Shown: positions 8,196 to 17,012 of the stretch, in pieces
How the letters are laid out: every line of letters begins with the position of its first letter
How positions within the stretch are numbered: position 1 is the first letter of the stretch
Origin: a virus
Reading direction: 5' to 3' (one strand)
Virus record (IMG/VR): IMGVR_UViG_3300045747_000527
Coordinates: 64,001 to 128,000 of that record
Length of the DNA: 64,000 bases
Program-made: the position numbers and the translations under genes
The notes under the pieces: generated by a model
Databases searched by the model: none
Told to the model about the DNA's origin: nothing
Seen by the model: the letters and a program-made list of their open reading frames with translations, nothing else

Positions 8196-8523
8196 ACTCA
8201 TCGAATTGTGCCGGCTGAAGGGCCTCTCGATAGCACACCGCGGCCTAGGAGAGAAAACCCTCATCGGCCTACTTGACGGAACGGTACAGGAGGAAGACTG
8301 TACCCAGGACCCCATAGACGAAGACCGGGACCTCATGCTGTACATGCAGCACGAATACCCAGATCAAACATTCGGACAACTCCACTGCGGTGATGAGGGC
8401 TATTTCTGCCCGAACTGCCCACCTGGTCGTGCCGTAGCGTGCACCGTAGTAGACTTCGAACCAACCCTCCGCAAGGACATTACCAACGAAATGGCACTGC
8501 AGAGGCTCAGGCTCCTGCGATGA
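8161..8523 (+). CDS. Hypothetical protein (possible helix-extended-helix N-terminus, Cys cluster)
   Basis: LNETELIELCRLKGL...KTLIGLL; CGDEGYFCPNC...C; SD GGAGG upstream. Confidence 0.6.
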   Translation: MSEKYADLNETELIELCRLKGLSIAHRGLGEKTLIGLLDGTVQEEDCTQDPIDEDRDLMLYMQHEYPDQTFGQLHCGDEGYFCPNCPPGRAVACTVVDFEPTLRKDITNEMALQRLRLLR

Positions 8524-8765
8524 ACCCATGCTGCGCAAACTGCATCCACCTCACGTACTGTGACCTGGTGGACGAGAAGAAGTTGACCGAGAGCTACCTC
8601 TGCCGAGCGCATGAACTAGCGACCGCACCCGAGGTAGCCGCCAACGAAAGCGTCACAGAGTTGTTCGGAGCTTGGGCACTGGGCTTCGACAACCAAATTC
8701 TGCAGAGCCGAAAAACCCAACAGTTTAGAGTGAGTAAAAGAAGGAGACGACACCGCAATGGCTGA
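8520..8765 (+). CDS. Hypothetical Cys-containing protein
   Basis: ATGA overlap with the previous stop; MNPCCANCIHLTYCD... Confidence 0.55.
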   Translation: MNPCCANCIHLTYCDLVDEKKLTESYLCRAHELATAPEVAANESVTELFGAWALGFDNQILQSRKTQQFRVSKRRRRHRNG

Positions 8766-9597
8766 TCCAAAGACGACCCAAATCAAAGTCTACACCGAAG
8801 AAGAACTGAAGACCTTTTCCTTCAGTCGCGCCCGCTACCTGGCCATCCAGTACGAAGCTGACCCGACCAAGACCATGAAGCTTGAGGAGATCATAAAGTT
8901 CATTCTGGCTGCCCAGAAGAGGACCGGCGGCAAGATTCTTGCCCGACAGACCGTGGCGAAGCCAGCTACCGCTGCAGTGAAGAAGCCAGCGGCAGAGGAA
9001 GACGAGGAGAAGGGGGAAGAGGAAGAGCCCACGCCCACCAAGGCACCGGCAAAGGCAGCCACCAAGGCGCCTGCCAAGAAGGCCGCTCCAGCAGCAGACC
9101 CCGACGATGATGAGGAACCCGCGCCTCCCACCTCCCGCAAACGCACACCTATCGATGACGACGAGCCTCCGATGGATGATGATGACGAGCCAGTAGCCAA
9201 GCCCAGCAAGAAGGGCAAAGCCCCGGCCGCCGAACCGGAAGAGGTGGAGGATGACATGCCTCCCGCCGCGGAGGACGATGTCGAGGAAGAGGCGAACATG
9301 GGAGGAACAAACCCCACTGTCTCCCCAGAAGCAGGAGGCGAAATCGCGGGACTCCTCACAGCTATCGGGCACACGCTCGATGAAATCGCAAACAGCGTAA
9401 CGGCTCTCACCGAGCGCGTAGAGCAGATGGACGCAGGTCTTCTCGAAGAAGTCGGCATCGTCCGCGAGAAGATGTTCATCCAGAGCGGCCTCCTCCGGAA
9501 GATCTTAATCAAATCCGGCATGGGCAAGGAAGACGTAGACAAGCTCATCGCCCTGTACAAGGCGGACTGGGAAAAGAAACTAGCCGCCAAGAGCTAG
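8758..9597 (+). CDS. Acidic low-complexity protein with C-terminal coiled coil
   Basis: AGGAG SD; central E/D/P/A/K-rich region; last gene before the terminator. Confidence 0.75.
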   Translation: MADPKTTQIKVYTEEELKTFSFSRARYLAIQYEADPTKTMKLEEIIKFILAAQKRTGGKILARQTVAKPATAAVKKPAAEEDEEKGEEEEPTPTKAPAKAATKAPAKKAAPAADPDDDEEPAPPTSRKRTPIDDDEPPMDDDDEPVAKPSKKGKAPAAEPEEVEDDMPPAAEDDVEEEANMGGTNPTVSPEAGGEIAGLLTAIGHTLDEIANSVTALTERVEQMDAGLLEEVGIVREKMFIQSGLLRKILIKSGMGKEDVDKLIALYKADWEKKLAAKS

Positions 9598-9603
9598 TAC
9601 AGA

Positions 9604-9629
9604 GGGCCCCGAAAGGGGCCCTTTTCTTT
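9604..9629 (+). terminator. Rho-independent terminator ending the replication block
   Basis: GGGCCCC-GAAA-GGGGCCC followed by TTTTCTTT, between convergent gene blocks. Confidence 0.9.
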
Positions 9630-9650
9630 CGCCCTAAAATCCAGTCTTGA

Positions 9651-9965
9651 TCATGCCGGAACCCACTTGCCTTCGCGAATGAACCCGTGGTGCTGACAAG
9701 AAAGACAAAGCACCGACGGAGATATGGTCAGCGGGTCAAGACTCTGCACATCCCATCCACGCGGGTCGGCTGGGTTCACGCCCTTAAACGAAACGCCGCC
9801 CCAGCAACGCCCGCCCTTGCCGTCTGGGTGCTCGTACAAGATTCCAGCCTTAACGCTTTCGGCACTGCCGTGTAATCCATAGAACTGAGCAAGCACGCTG
9901 TGCCCCAGGTCCATCGTGCGAGGATCACTCGGGTCCATGTAGTCTTCTGGATCGCGGTTGCTCAT
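9651..9965 (-). CDS. DUF6527-like small Zn-binding protein
   Basis: C-terminal PLTISPSVLCLSCQHHGFIREGKWVPA; ATG 9965 with GCGGGG upstream, overlapping the previous stop. Confidence 0.65.
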   Translation of the reverse strand: MSNRDPEDYMDPSDPRTMDLGHSVLAQFYGLHGSAESVKAGILYEHPDGKGGRCWGGVSFKGVNPADPRGWDVQSLDPLTISPSVLCLSCQHHGFIREGKWVPA

Positions 9966-10699
9966 ATCGGCCCCGCCTCTGTCGGAACGTAGCCACTGTC
10001 CAGTATCCAATTCGCTGGAATGTCAGCGTAGTTGCTGAGTGACGCAACGGAGTTACCAGCGCCGTAGAAACACCTCGACGAGACGGGGGTATTGGTAAAC
10101 ACTGGCCTTGTCACGCCCTGGTCTGCGAGCTTGCCCGGCACACCCGCCACTCCAATGACCTCGCCGAGCGTGAAGTCAGTTCCGCTGTGGAAGTGCTTCT
10201 TGATTCGGTAGACATAGGTTGAGGTCTTCGACACCACGACCGCCGTCGCAGGCAAGAAGGAGACCTGACCCGTACCGACTCCGGTAACGACCCCAACGTG
10301 GTTCACCCCTGCCACACCAGCTCCAGGGATACAGATGCCCTGGCCAATCGCAAAGTCCCCTGAGTTAGCCACCGTAGCTGTCGTGCTACCGCTGGCAAGA
10401 GTACCGACTACGATTGTGCGAAATGCCGACCCACTCGCAAAATAGGGAGCGTCCTTCACGTTGCGCGTTTTGATGGGTAGATCGATGAGCCTTGTTGGCC
10501 AGTAAGGAGCATCCCCCGACGAGGAAGCTGTAGCTGACGTCTTGTCGTAGCCGTACGGCAAACTAGACCACGGGGATACCCCGTCGCCGATCTTCACATT
10601 GCCTGTATCCTTCTCTCGCCCCATTTCCCCCAGGGCAAGAATCGGGTTTACTGCCGTCCAGGCAGCGGCTAGATCACGTCGTACTCTGATTATTGCCAT
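9962..10699 (-). CDS. Short fibre-like protein with Mtd_N-type N-terminal module
   Basis: IRVRRDLAAAWTAVNPILALGEMGREKDTGNVKIGDGVSPWSSLPY; SD GAGGAG. Confidence 0.75.
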   Translation of the reverse strand: MAIIRVRRDLAAAWTAVNPILALGEMGREKDTGNVKIGDGVSPWSSLPYGYDKTSATASSSGDAPYWPTRLIDLPIKTRNVKDAPYFASGSAFRTIVVGTLASGSTTATVANSGDFAIGQGICIPGAGVAGVNHVGVVTGVGTGQVSFLPATAVVVSKTSTYVYRIKKHFHSGTDFTLGEVIGVAGVPGKLADQGVTRPVFTNTPVSSRCFYGAGNSVASLSNYADIPANWILDSGYVPTEAGPI

Positions 10700-10718
10700 C
10701 GGCTACTCCTCTATGCTC

Positions 10719-11237
10719 TCACTTAACTGCTATAGCAAGACTCACTGCCGCAGCAGTCGTAATGATCGTCCCTAGCACAAACCCGAACGTCCAAGATCTG
10801 TACCACGCCTGTGACGTCTGAAGCTCTCTACTCAACTGAGCGTTACGAGCTACCAGCGCCGTATTCTGCGCCTCGGCAGCCAGCGCATCCTGCTTGGCCA
10901 CCTCAGTCGCTCGCGCCACCTCTATCTTCTGCTGTGACCGTGCAGTACGTAGCTCAATCCACTGAAGCCTGCGCAGACCCGTAATGCGCAGACCCAACAT
11001 CAGCACGCGGTTCTGGTCAAGCAGCAGCCCTGTGAAAGGTGCCGCAGCCCCCTTCGTCAGAGCCACAGAATCATTAGACAGATCGAGCTTCGGTACCATC
11101 GTATCCTCGTTCGGGATAGGGCAGTGCCAGTTCAGCTCCTTGTCGAACTCTCCGTACACCTGGGTAGTACACGGAACAGTCTGCGCAACCGCAGTCGCGG
11201 GAAACAAGATCAGTAAGATCAAGGCAATGTTCTTCAT
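10719..11237 (-). CDS. Envelope protein with signal peptide, coiled coil and C-terminal TM helix (spanin-like candidate)
   Basis: MKNIALILLILFPATAVA-Q signal peptide; APFTGLLL; coiled coil; WYRSWTFGFVLGTIITTAAAVSLAIAVK. Confidence 0.55.
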   Translation of the reverse strand: MKNIALILLILFPATAVAQTVPCTTQVYGEFDKELNWHCPIPNEDTMVPKLDLSNDSVALTKGAAAPFTGLLLDQNRVLMLGLRITGLRRLQWIELRTARSQQKIEVARATEVAKQDALAAEAQNTALVARNAQLSRELQTSQAWYRSWTFGFVLGTIITTAAAVSLAIAVK

Positions 11238-11246
11238 GGTCTACCC

Positions 11247-12380
11247 TCAGAGCAGCATAGGGAGGGTACTGCGCGCCTCCCATAGTTTGCGAGCCAAGTT
11301 CACCGTCTTGCGGGCACTCCGCATGTCTTGGGCCACGTCCCCGAGCATACCCTGCTGAGGCTGGCCCATAGGCTGCGCCGGCTGCCAGGGCTGTGGAGCA
11401 CCGTAGAAGGGTCCTCGCGGTTCCGGGCCCATCTCCATAGGACCGAAGGCAGCCTTGACCATCTCGTCCAGTACGGCCCGTACAGTGACCGCGGAAATCT
11501 TGGTGAGCTTCCCCTTTGCCGCCACCAGCTGGTTTAAGCGGTCCATAGACACTTCGCTGATAGGACCGAGAAACTTACTAGGATCGTCGTAGTGAATTTC
11601 GAACGCTTCCTTGGCAGACTGCTTATCTGGAAAGCCTAGCATGATCTTATCCTCGTCCGGCTTCCCTGTATCAGGATGCTTCTGGTGTACGACGTACGCC
11701 TTCTCCGCGTCTTTCTTTGGCCCTACGTAGCAGTCCACGCCCTCGCCGTCCGCACCCTCCGTACTCTCGATGTACCCATAGGGGAACTTCATCTCAGTCC
11801 GCCACTTGTGGCCGTCCTTGTCCGTGCCACTTCGTACCGAACCAGCTTTGTTCTCGATAGCGATGGGCAAGCCCTGGAAGTCCATCTTACCTTGAAGCTC
11901 GAACGCAATCTTCAGGAGCTGGCCCAGCTTGCTGATCTTAGTAGGCGCTGGCTTAGACCCTCTGTCATCATCGTCATCGACGATAGGATTGTCCCCCGTT
12001 GTCCCGCCGCCCCCAGGCGTACTGGTCTGCGTACCAACGTCACTCTCGGTCTTACGTTGGGTGACAGGCTGATTGAAGAAGCTCTGGTTGCCGGCGTCCA
12101 GGTCCTCTATGTCCTGGTTAGAGTACTCCCCCGCAACCTTCTCCCGCGGAACCACGTGACCCATCTTGTGAATCTGGCGCAGAGCCGGCATCAACTTGGT
12201 GCCGTCTTCGTCAAACTCTGCATCCTTCTCCCCTCGCTCACCTATCGTGCCGTCCCGCGCAACGCCAGATTCTTGACCCTCGGGCACCGACTGAGCGAGG
12301 CCCTCATTCTCCTCACTGTAGCCGTCAGGCTTGCGCGTAGCGAGCGTCCCGATGCCTCTGGCTAGAACTGGTCTATCCAC
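11247..12380 (-). CDS. Protein with InPase-type (inorganic pyrophosphatase-like, polyvalent-protein) domain
   Basis: QGLPIAIENKAGSVRSG...WRTEMKFPYGYIESTEGADGEGVDCYVGP...VVHQ...DEDKIMLGF...AKEAFEIHY. Confidence 0.8.
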   Translation of the reverse strand: MDRPVLARGIGTLATRKPDGYSEENEGLAQSVPEGQESGVARDGTIGERGEKDAEFDEDGTKLMPALRQIHKMGHVVPREKVAGEYSNQDIEDLDAGNQSFFNQPVTQRKTESDVGTQTSTPGGGGTTGDNPIVDDDDDRGSKPAPTKISKLGQLLKIAFELQGKMDFQGLPIAIENKAGSVRSGTDKDGHKWRTEMKFPYGYIESTEGADGEGVDCYVGPKKDAEKAYVVHQKHPDTGKPDEDKIMLGFPDKQSAKEAFEIHYDDPSKFLGPISEVSMDRLNQLVAAKGKLTKISAVTVRAVLDEMVKAAFGPMEMGPEPRGPFYGAPQPWQPAQPMGQPQQGMLGDVAQDMRSARKTVNLARKLWEARSTLPMLL

Positions 12381-12691
12381 TTGGCGACCTCCGCAGACGA
12401 GCCCGTAGCCTTCAGCTTCTGGTACTCGGCCACCTGCTCCTGTGACGCCTTGCCCAATAGGGCCTGTGCCTGCTGATGCAGCGCCTCTACCTTCTGCTCA
12501 TGCTGCTGCTCTGACGCAACATTGTCCTGCTTTGGGGGCACCAGCACCGGGGGCTGCGGCTTGTCGCTCTCCAGCTTGAAGCCGATTAGGAGGCCGAGAA
12601 TAGTGAGGGGGAAGAGGACTACCTGCCACGGATGTTTCTTTATCCAGGGCCACGCCTTCTTAGACCAGAATTCTTTGATCACAAAAAACAT
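12362..12691 (-). CDS. Single-TM membrane protein with coiled coil (i-spanin-like candidate)
   Basis: WQVVLFPLTILGLLIGF TM helix followed by a Q/E/K/A helical region; SD GGAGG. Confidence 0.55.
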   Translation of the reverse strand: MFFVIKEFWSKKAWPWIKKHPWQVVLFPLTILGLLIGFKLESDKPQPPVLVPPKQDNVASEQQHEQKVEALHQQAQALLGKASQEQVAEYQKLKATGSSAEVAKWIDQF

Positions 12692-12700
12692 GAATCCCTC

Positions 12701-15700
12701 CTACACGCCTGGAACGTTGCCGGATGCGTGCGCCGACAGGTTTCCGTTTGTATTGACTTCCCCGACATTGCCTACGGTGATGCCAGTGCTCAAATTGATG
12801 TTACCGTTGCCCACAGGCAGTGACACGTTGTGGGTAACATTCCCTACGTCAGCCACATTGCGTTCTGCGCCTACTCTGATCCCGTGACGAACAGCTGACG
12901 AGCCATCTCCGACCACTGGGTTTTGGCCAACAACCGTGTTTCCCATCACGCTTCCGTGCTGGTTCATGTCAATACCCACGAACGTGCTGTACCACCCCAC
13001 GCCACCAGAGCTGCCCAGCGTATTGTTGATTATGATCTGGTTGCCGTGGACAATAGAACTCCACACGTAAGGTGTTTGCGCCTGGATAGAGATACACGCT
13101 TGAAGTGTCGTGCGCCCCGTCGTAGATCCCTGAGGATCTATGATGTCGTTATGATTTACCTGGCAAATGCCGCTCACGAAGATACTGAACACGGATGAGT
13201 TGTCCCCGGCTCCACTGCAGCCGCAACTATCCAGAATGTTCCTCTCCACAAACACCCTTGCCTTCGGCGGTTCACCTGCTGTTGTCTCGCAGTAGATGAC
13301 GCTGAACACCCCACTCGTACTAAGCTGCCCGACGCCCACTACGTGGGTGAGGCGATTGCCGGAGATGGTGCCGTAACACGTTGACGGACCTCCGCTCACG
13401 GTTACGTAGATGCCACCACCAGGTATCGGAGTTGTGCCGTCCTCAGACCGGATCGTGTTGTCACAAATGTGGTAGTCCGTGCTGTCCACAAGGTAGATAG
13501 ACGACCACGACCCGCTAGAACCGCGTAAGATATTGCCCTCTACCCGAACTCCAGCGCTGGTTGATACGTACACTGTGTTGCTTGTGGTGTACGTGAACGC
13601 GTTCCCGCGCACCACTGTACTATTCGAGTCGCTGACACTGATGCCTGATGTCAGCGTATGACCTACGCCGCTCACGGAAATCGTGTTGCGTGTAAATGAA
13701 CACCCTGGGTGACTGGCCACACGCATAGAAACGCCACAGCTGGCGCTGTCGTTTGTCTGGGTGTTAGCATCCACATCGATAGCAAACGGACCTGCCCCGA
13801 TGTCTACTATGTACTGAGTACAGTTGAAGAAGTGGTTGCCCCTGATCGCACCGTGCGCAAACCCCAGGGCGCGTACCCCCGTCGCGCAAGCAGCTATCGT
13901 ATTGTCTGACACAGTAAAGTGCCCGCAGTTGTTCAAGACGATCCCGAAGGACATGACGTCTGAAGTATTGAACGTCTGCCTAATGTTGTTCCCGTAAATG
14001 ACTAGGTTAGAGTTGTCTGACTCAACCTGATCCATGTCGAACTTAATACTGGTGATGCAGCCGAGGAACACATTCCCACAGATCTCCGCCTTGGTACTTC
14101 CAATGCCACTCTCTCCTGAGCTGTGGGAACCGTTTGAGTTGTCTCCTGTGATAGCGGCACGCCCGGAGAAGATCACGTTCTTGAACGAATTATCTGCAAC
14201 CGTAAACTGGCCAGCCGCGGTGGAGCCTGGGTAGACAAGCGACAACCCTACCCCCGTGAAGTCATTGTGGGCGACCTCGAACATACCGTCCGTGCCATCC
14301 GCCGGCTCAATGCCCAAAGACAAAAAGGCGCCGCCGACTGTTCTGAAAACACAGCGTTGAATAGACCCGCCACCACCAAGAGTGTTTACCCAGCCCCCGC
14401 TGCCGCTGACCTCAGTAAACAGACAGTCCTCCAAGACGGTTTTGCCGCCTGGGTTAGAGATCGCCGTACTAGAGATCGATGAGAACTGGCAGTTGCGGCA
14501 CGTAAGCTGCGCGGCAGACGCTCCCTGCACTACCGCTGTACTGAAGTTGGACCCGAAAAGCACGCCAGCAAACGTACACTCAGATAAGTCTGACCCGCTA
14601 CCCAGGTGAGCCAACGCTCCTGCCGTCGTTGTGCCACTACCTGGGGAGAAAGCAACTCTCCGCACGTGTACTACGCTGCCGTTAGCTTCCAGCGATACAG
14701 AGTTAGCCCCAACAGCTCCACGAAGGAGCGCCTGTCCTTTGTACACTGACGAGACAGAGCCTGAGCCAACTCCTTCTCCAACGATCTCCCATGCGTATGG
14801 GGAGTTCACAGGAAGCGTCACTGTTCCGGCGATGGCGCTGACATCCGTCACTCCACGCAATACCAGCCTCGGTCGCCAACCATCGAGATTAGGAGAAGCC
14901 AGACACTGATACTGCGCGTGTACGTAGTTCACCGCTCGCTGCAAATCTGAGAAGTCACACTGGGCATCCGGGCCTACAAATACCTCGAACTTGCCGTTTA
15001 GGTGACGACCCTTAGTGCGCAGATCACTCTGATAGTTGAATACCCCAAAGGCAGAGCTGACGTTAGCCAAGGCAATGATCACCATATTCTCGGTGAGGTC
15101 ACTGCCGACGGTACTGGCCGAAATGTAGGTTAGCGCGGGCGTGAGATCATCGTGGCTGATCACCACGTAGTAGTCCTGGTCGTCCCATGGCAGCTGTACC
15201 ACGGGGTCGTTCGTGGTGATGAATGACTCGCCGTTGATGGTGTACCCGTTGCCTGTTGGAATCGTGACGGTTCCCTCCATCCCATCGAACACCAACTCTC
15301 CTACCTTATCCACCACACGATTCGGCATAGAGCAGTCCACCCCGCCTATAGCGGAGTTAAGTTTGCCCAAAATACTCACGTGTCCTGCAGGAGACGCTGG
15401 GCTCAGCTGTGTGCCGTAAATGGGCTCAGAAAACCAATTCAGGTAAGGCGCGCACACGTCACGAAACGCGAGTTGATTCTCATCGCCGTTGAGATCTGTT
15501 ACGTGCCGCAGGGAACGACCGCCCAGGTGGAGGTCCTGCAACATACGCCGAGTACCGTTCTGAAGAATGACCCCTGCTGGCACACCGGTCTTGTTGATCA
15601 TCACCTGCAGTAGAGCATCGGACGCCAAAGTCTCATAGTTACCCTTTGCCCCGAAGATGATATTTACCACCGTGGCGTTGGGTATCACGTAGTCCGCGAC

Positions 15701-16252
15701 AAGGATGTCTCCGGTAGGGGCGTCCACCAAGCTGAACCCTAAGCGCACCCCAGGAGTCGGAGGAGGATCTGGGGGAGCAGGCACGATTGGGTAGAAACCA
15801 GCAGTGTCACCCAGCTTGTACACTGTCCCCACGTCAGCCACATCTCGTACTGTCGTCACCCGAACTTCGCCACCAAGGACGGGGTCCTGAAGGGTAGCCC
15901 AACGGTCGCTCAGCACGGAGAACAGTCGCGGCATCCCCAAGGACTCAATGGGGTAACTCGGGAGGCCAACAAAGACAAACTCAGTCAAGTTGTAGTAGCT
16001 GGTGCCTGTCGAGACAAACGTCTTGACTCCGGGGACGGTCCTACTGCCGGCGTAATTCTTGTAGATGTAATCGATGTTTTCCGAAAGTGCCCAGACACCT
16101 CGGTTAGAGTTCTTGGACTTCCCATCCTCCCCCACAGCGATCAGTTTGCCGCCAGTCGTATCAGGAGTGTCATTGTGATCGATCTGGACATTGACTCCGT
16201 AGCCATGCCCAATCTGCCCAGAATCTATGCCATGTGGGTGTGGAAGAGCCAT
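12701..16252 (-). CDS. Tailspike/tail fibre with right-handed parallel beta-helix (depolymerase-like)
   Basis: 1183 aa; C-terminal ~700 aa has regular ...(V/I)xGNx(F/I)... PbH1-type repeats; SD AGGAG. Confidence 0.8.
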   Translation of the reverse strand: MALPHPHGIDSGQIGHGYGVNVQIDHNDTPDTTGGKLIAVGEDGKSKNSNRGVWALSENIDYIYKNYAGSRTVPGVKTFVSTGTSYYNLTEFVFVGLPSYPIESLGMPRLFSVLSDRWATLQDPVLGGEVRVTTVRDVADVGTVYKLGDTAGFYPIVPAPPDPPPTPGVRLGFSLVDAPTGDILVADYVIPNATVVNIIFGAKGNYETLASDALLQVMINKTGVPAGVILQNGTRRMLQDLHLGGRSLRHVTDLNGDENQLAFRDVCAPYLNWFSEPIYGTQLSPASPAGHVSILGKLNSAIGGVDCSMPNRVVDKVGELVFDGMEGTVTIPTGNGYTINGESFITTNDPVVQLPWDDQDYYVVISHDDLTPALTYISASTVGSDLTENMVIIALANVSSAFGVFNYQSDLRTKGRHLNGKFEVFVGPDAQCDFSDLQRAVNYVHAQYQCLASPNLDGWRPRLVLRGVTDVSAIAGTVTLPVNSPYAWEIVGEGVGSGSVSSVYKGQALLRGAVGANSVSLEANGSVVHVRRVAFSPGSGTTTAGALAHLGSGSDLSECTFAGVLFGSNFSTAVVQGASAAQLTCRNCQFSSISSTAISNPGGKTVLEDCLFTEVSGSGGWVNTLGGGGSIQRCVFRTVGGAFLSLGIEPADGTDGMFEVAHNDFTGVGLSLVYPGSTAAGQFTVADNSFKNVIFSGRAAITGDNSNGSHSSGESGIGSTKAEICGNVFLGCITSIKFDMDQVESDNSNLVIYGNNIRQTFNTSDVMSFGIVLNNCGHFTVSDNTIAACATGVRALGFAHGAIRGNHFFNCTQYIVDIGAGPFAIDVDANTQTNDSASCGVSMRVASHPGCSFTRNTISVSGVGHTLTSGISVSDSNSTVVRGNAFTYTTSNTVYVSTSAGVRVEGNILRGSSGSWSSIYLVDSTDYHICDNTIRSEDGTTPIPGGGIYVTVSGGPSTCYGTISGNRLTHVVGVGQLSTSGVFSVIYCETTAGEPPKARVFVERNILDSCGCSGAGDNSSVFSIFVSGICQVNHNDIIDPQGSTTGRTTLQACISIQAQTPYVWSSIVHGNQIIINNTLGSSGGVGWYSTFVGIDMNQHGSVMGNTVVGQNPVVGDGSSAVRHGIRVGAERNVADVGNVTHNVSLPVGNGNINLSTGITVGNVGEVNTNGNLSAHASGNVPGV

Positions 16253-16261
16253 GTTGTACTC

Positions 16262-16960
16262 CTAGAACTTCAATTGCCAACGCACTTCCAAAGAAATGCT
16301 TGGCGTCTTAGTGATGGGGGAAAAGGTGTGATAGGCGATAGCCTGTTGCCTGCTGTTAGTGATGTACGCTGGAGGGCTACTGTAGTCGTACACCTGATCT
16401 GCAGTCCGCGTAGCAACCTGAGCCGACGTGAACATTGCAATCTCAGAGAGCGGTATGTTTGTGTACGTTCCCGCCAGATCAAGATCACCTGTGTCGTTAA
16501 ACAGCCACATAAACTCGATGCCTACCGAGGAAACGGAATCTCCAAAAAGAGAAGGGGTGTCGATGCTGATGACGCACGGCTGTAGCCAGGTACCAACAGC
16601 TGCCCCCCTACCGGGAGTTCCAGAGACCTTGATGGGCCGCTCAAGGCAGTGCACAGTGTTGTCTTCATCCGAGAACGTCTGCTGCCCTGGATAATCGTAG
16701 CCGAGAGTACCTAGGCCGGTGGGAATGGTGGCTGTCTGCAGCTCTCCTCCGATCCCAAACCCCGTGTACTTCACTACTCGGTTGTCGTCATGCGTCCAAC
16801 TGCCGTCGCGATTGGGCTTTATCGCCCAAGCCAGAAACTCTCGGCCGGGGAAGACCCACTGGTTATGGCCGTGCCTACAGAGACCGGGAACCTTCTTGCC
16901 GCGTTCTCGTGCCGTGATGAACACGTTCGAGGTAGCACCTATAGTGTCGCTGAGTAACAT
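16262..16960 (-). CDS. Baseplate/tail-fibre attachment-type structural protein
   Basis: GFGIGG, EIAMF, AYHTFSPITKTPSISLEVRWQLKF; GGAGG SD before ATG 16960. Confidence 0.55.
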   Translation of the reverse strand: MLLSDTIGATSNVFITARERGKKVPGLCRHGHNQWVFPGREFLAWAIKPNRDGSWTHDDNRVVKYTGFGIGGELQTATIPTGLGTLGYDYPGQQTFSDEDNTVHCLERPIKVSGTPGRGAAVGTWLQPCVISIDTPSLFGDSVSSVGIEFMWLFNDTGDLDLAGTYTNIPLSEIAMFTSAQVATRTADQVYDYSSPPAYITNSRQQAIAYHTFSPITKTPSISLEVRWQLKF

Positions 16961-17012
16961 CGATTCCTCCATGGATAGAATAGCAAGCCGGCACACATGA
17001 TGTACAGCATCG

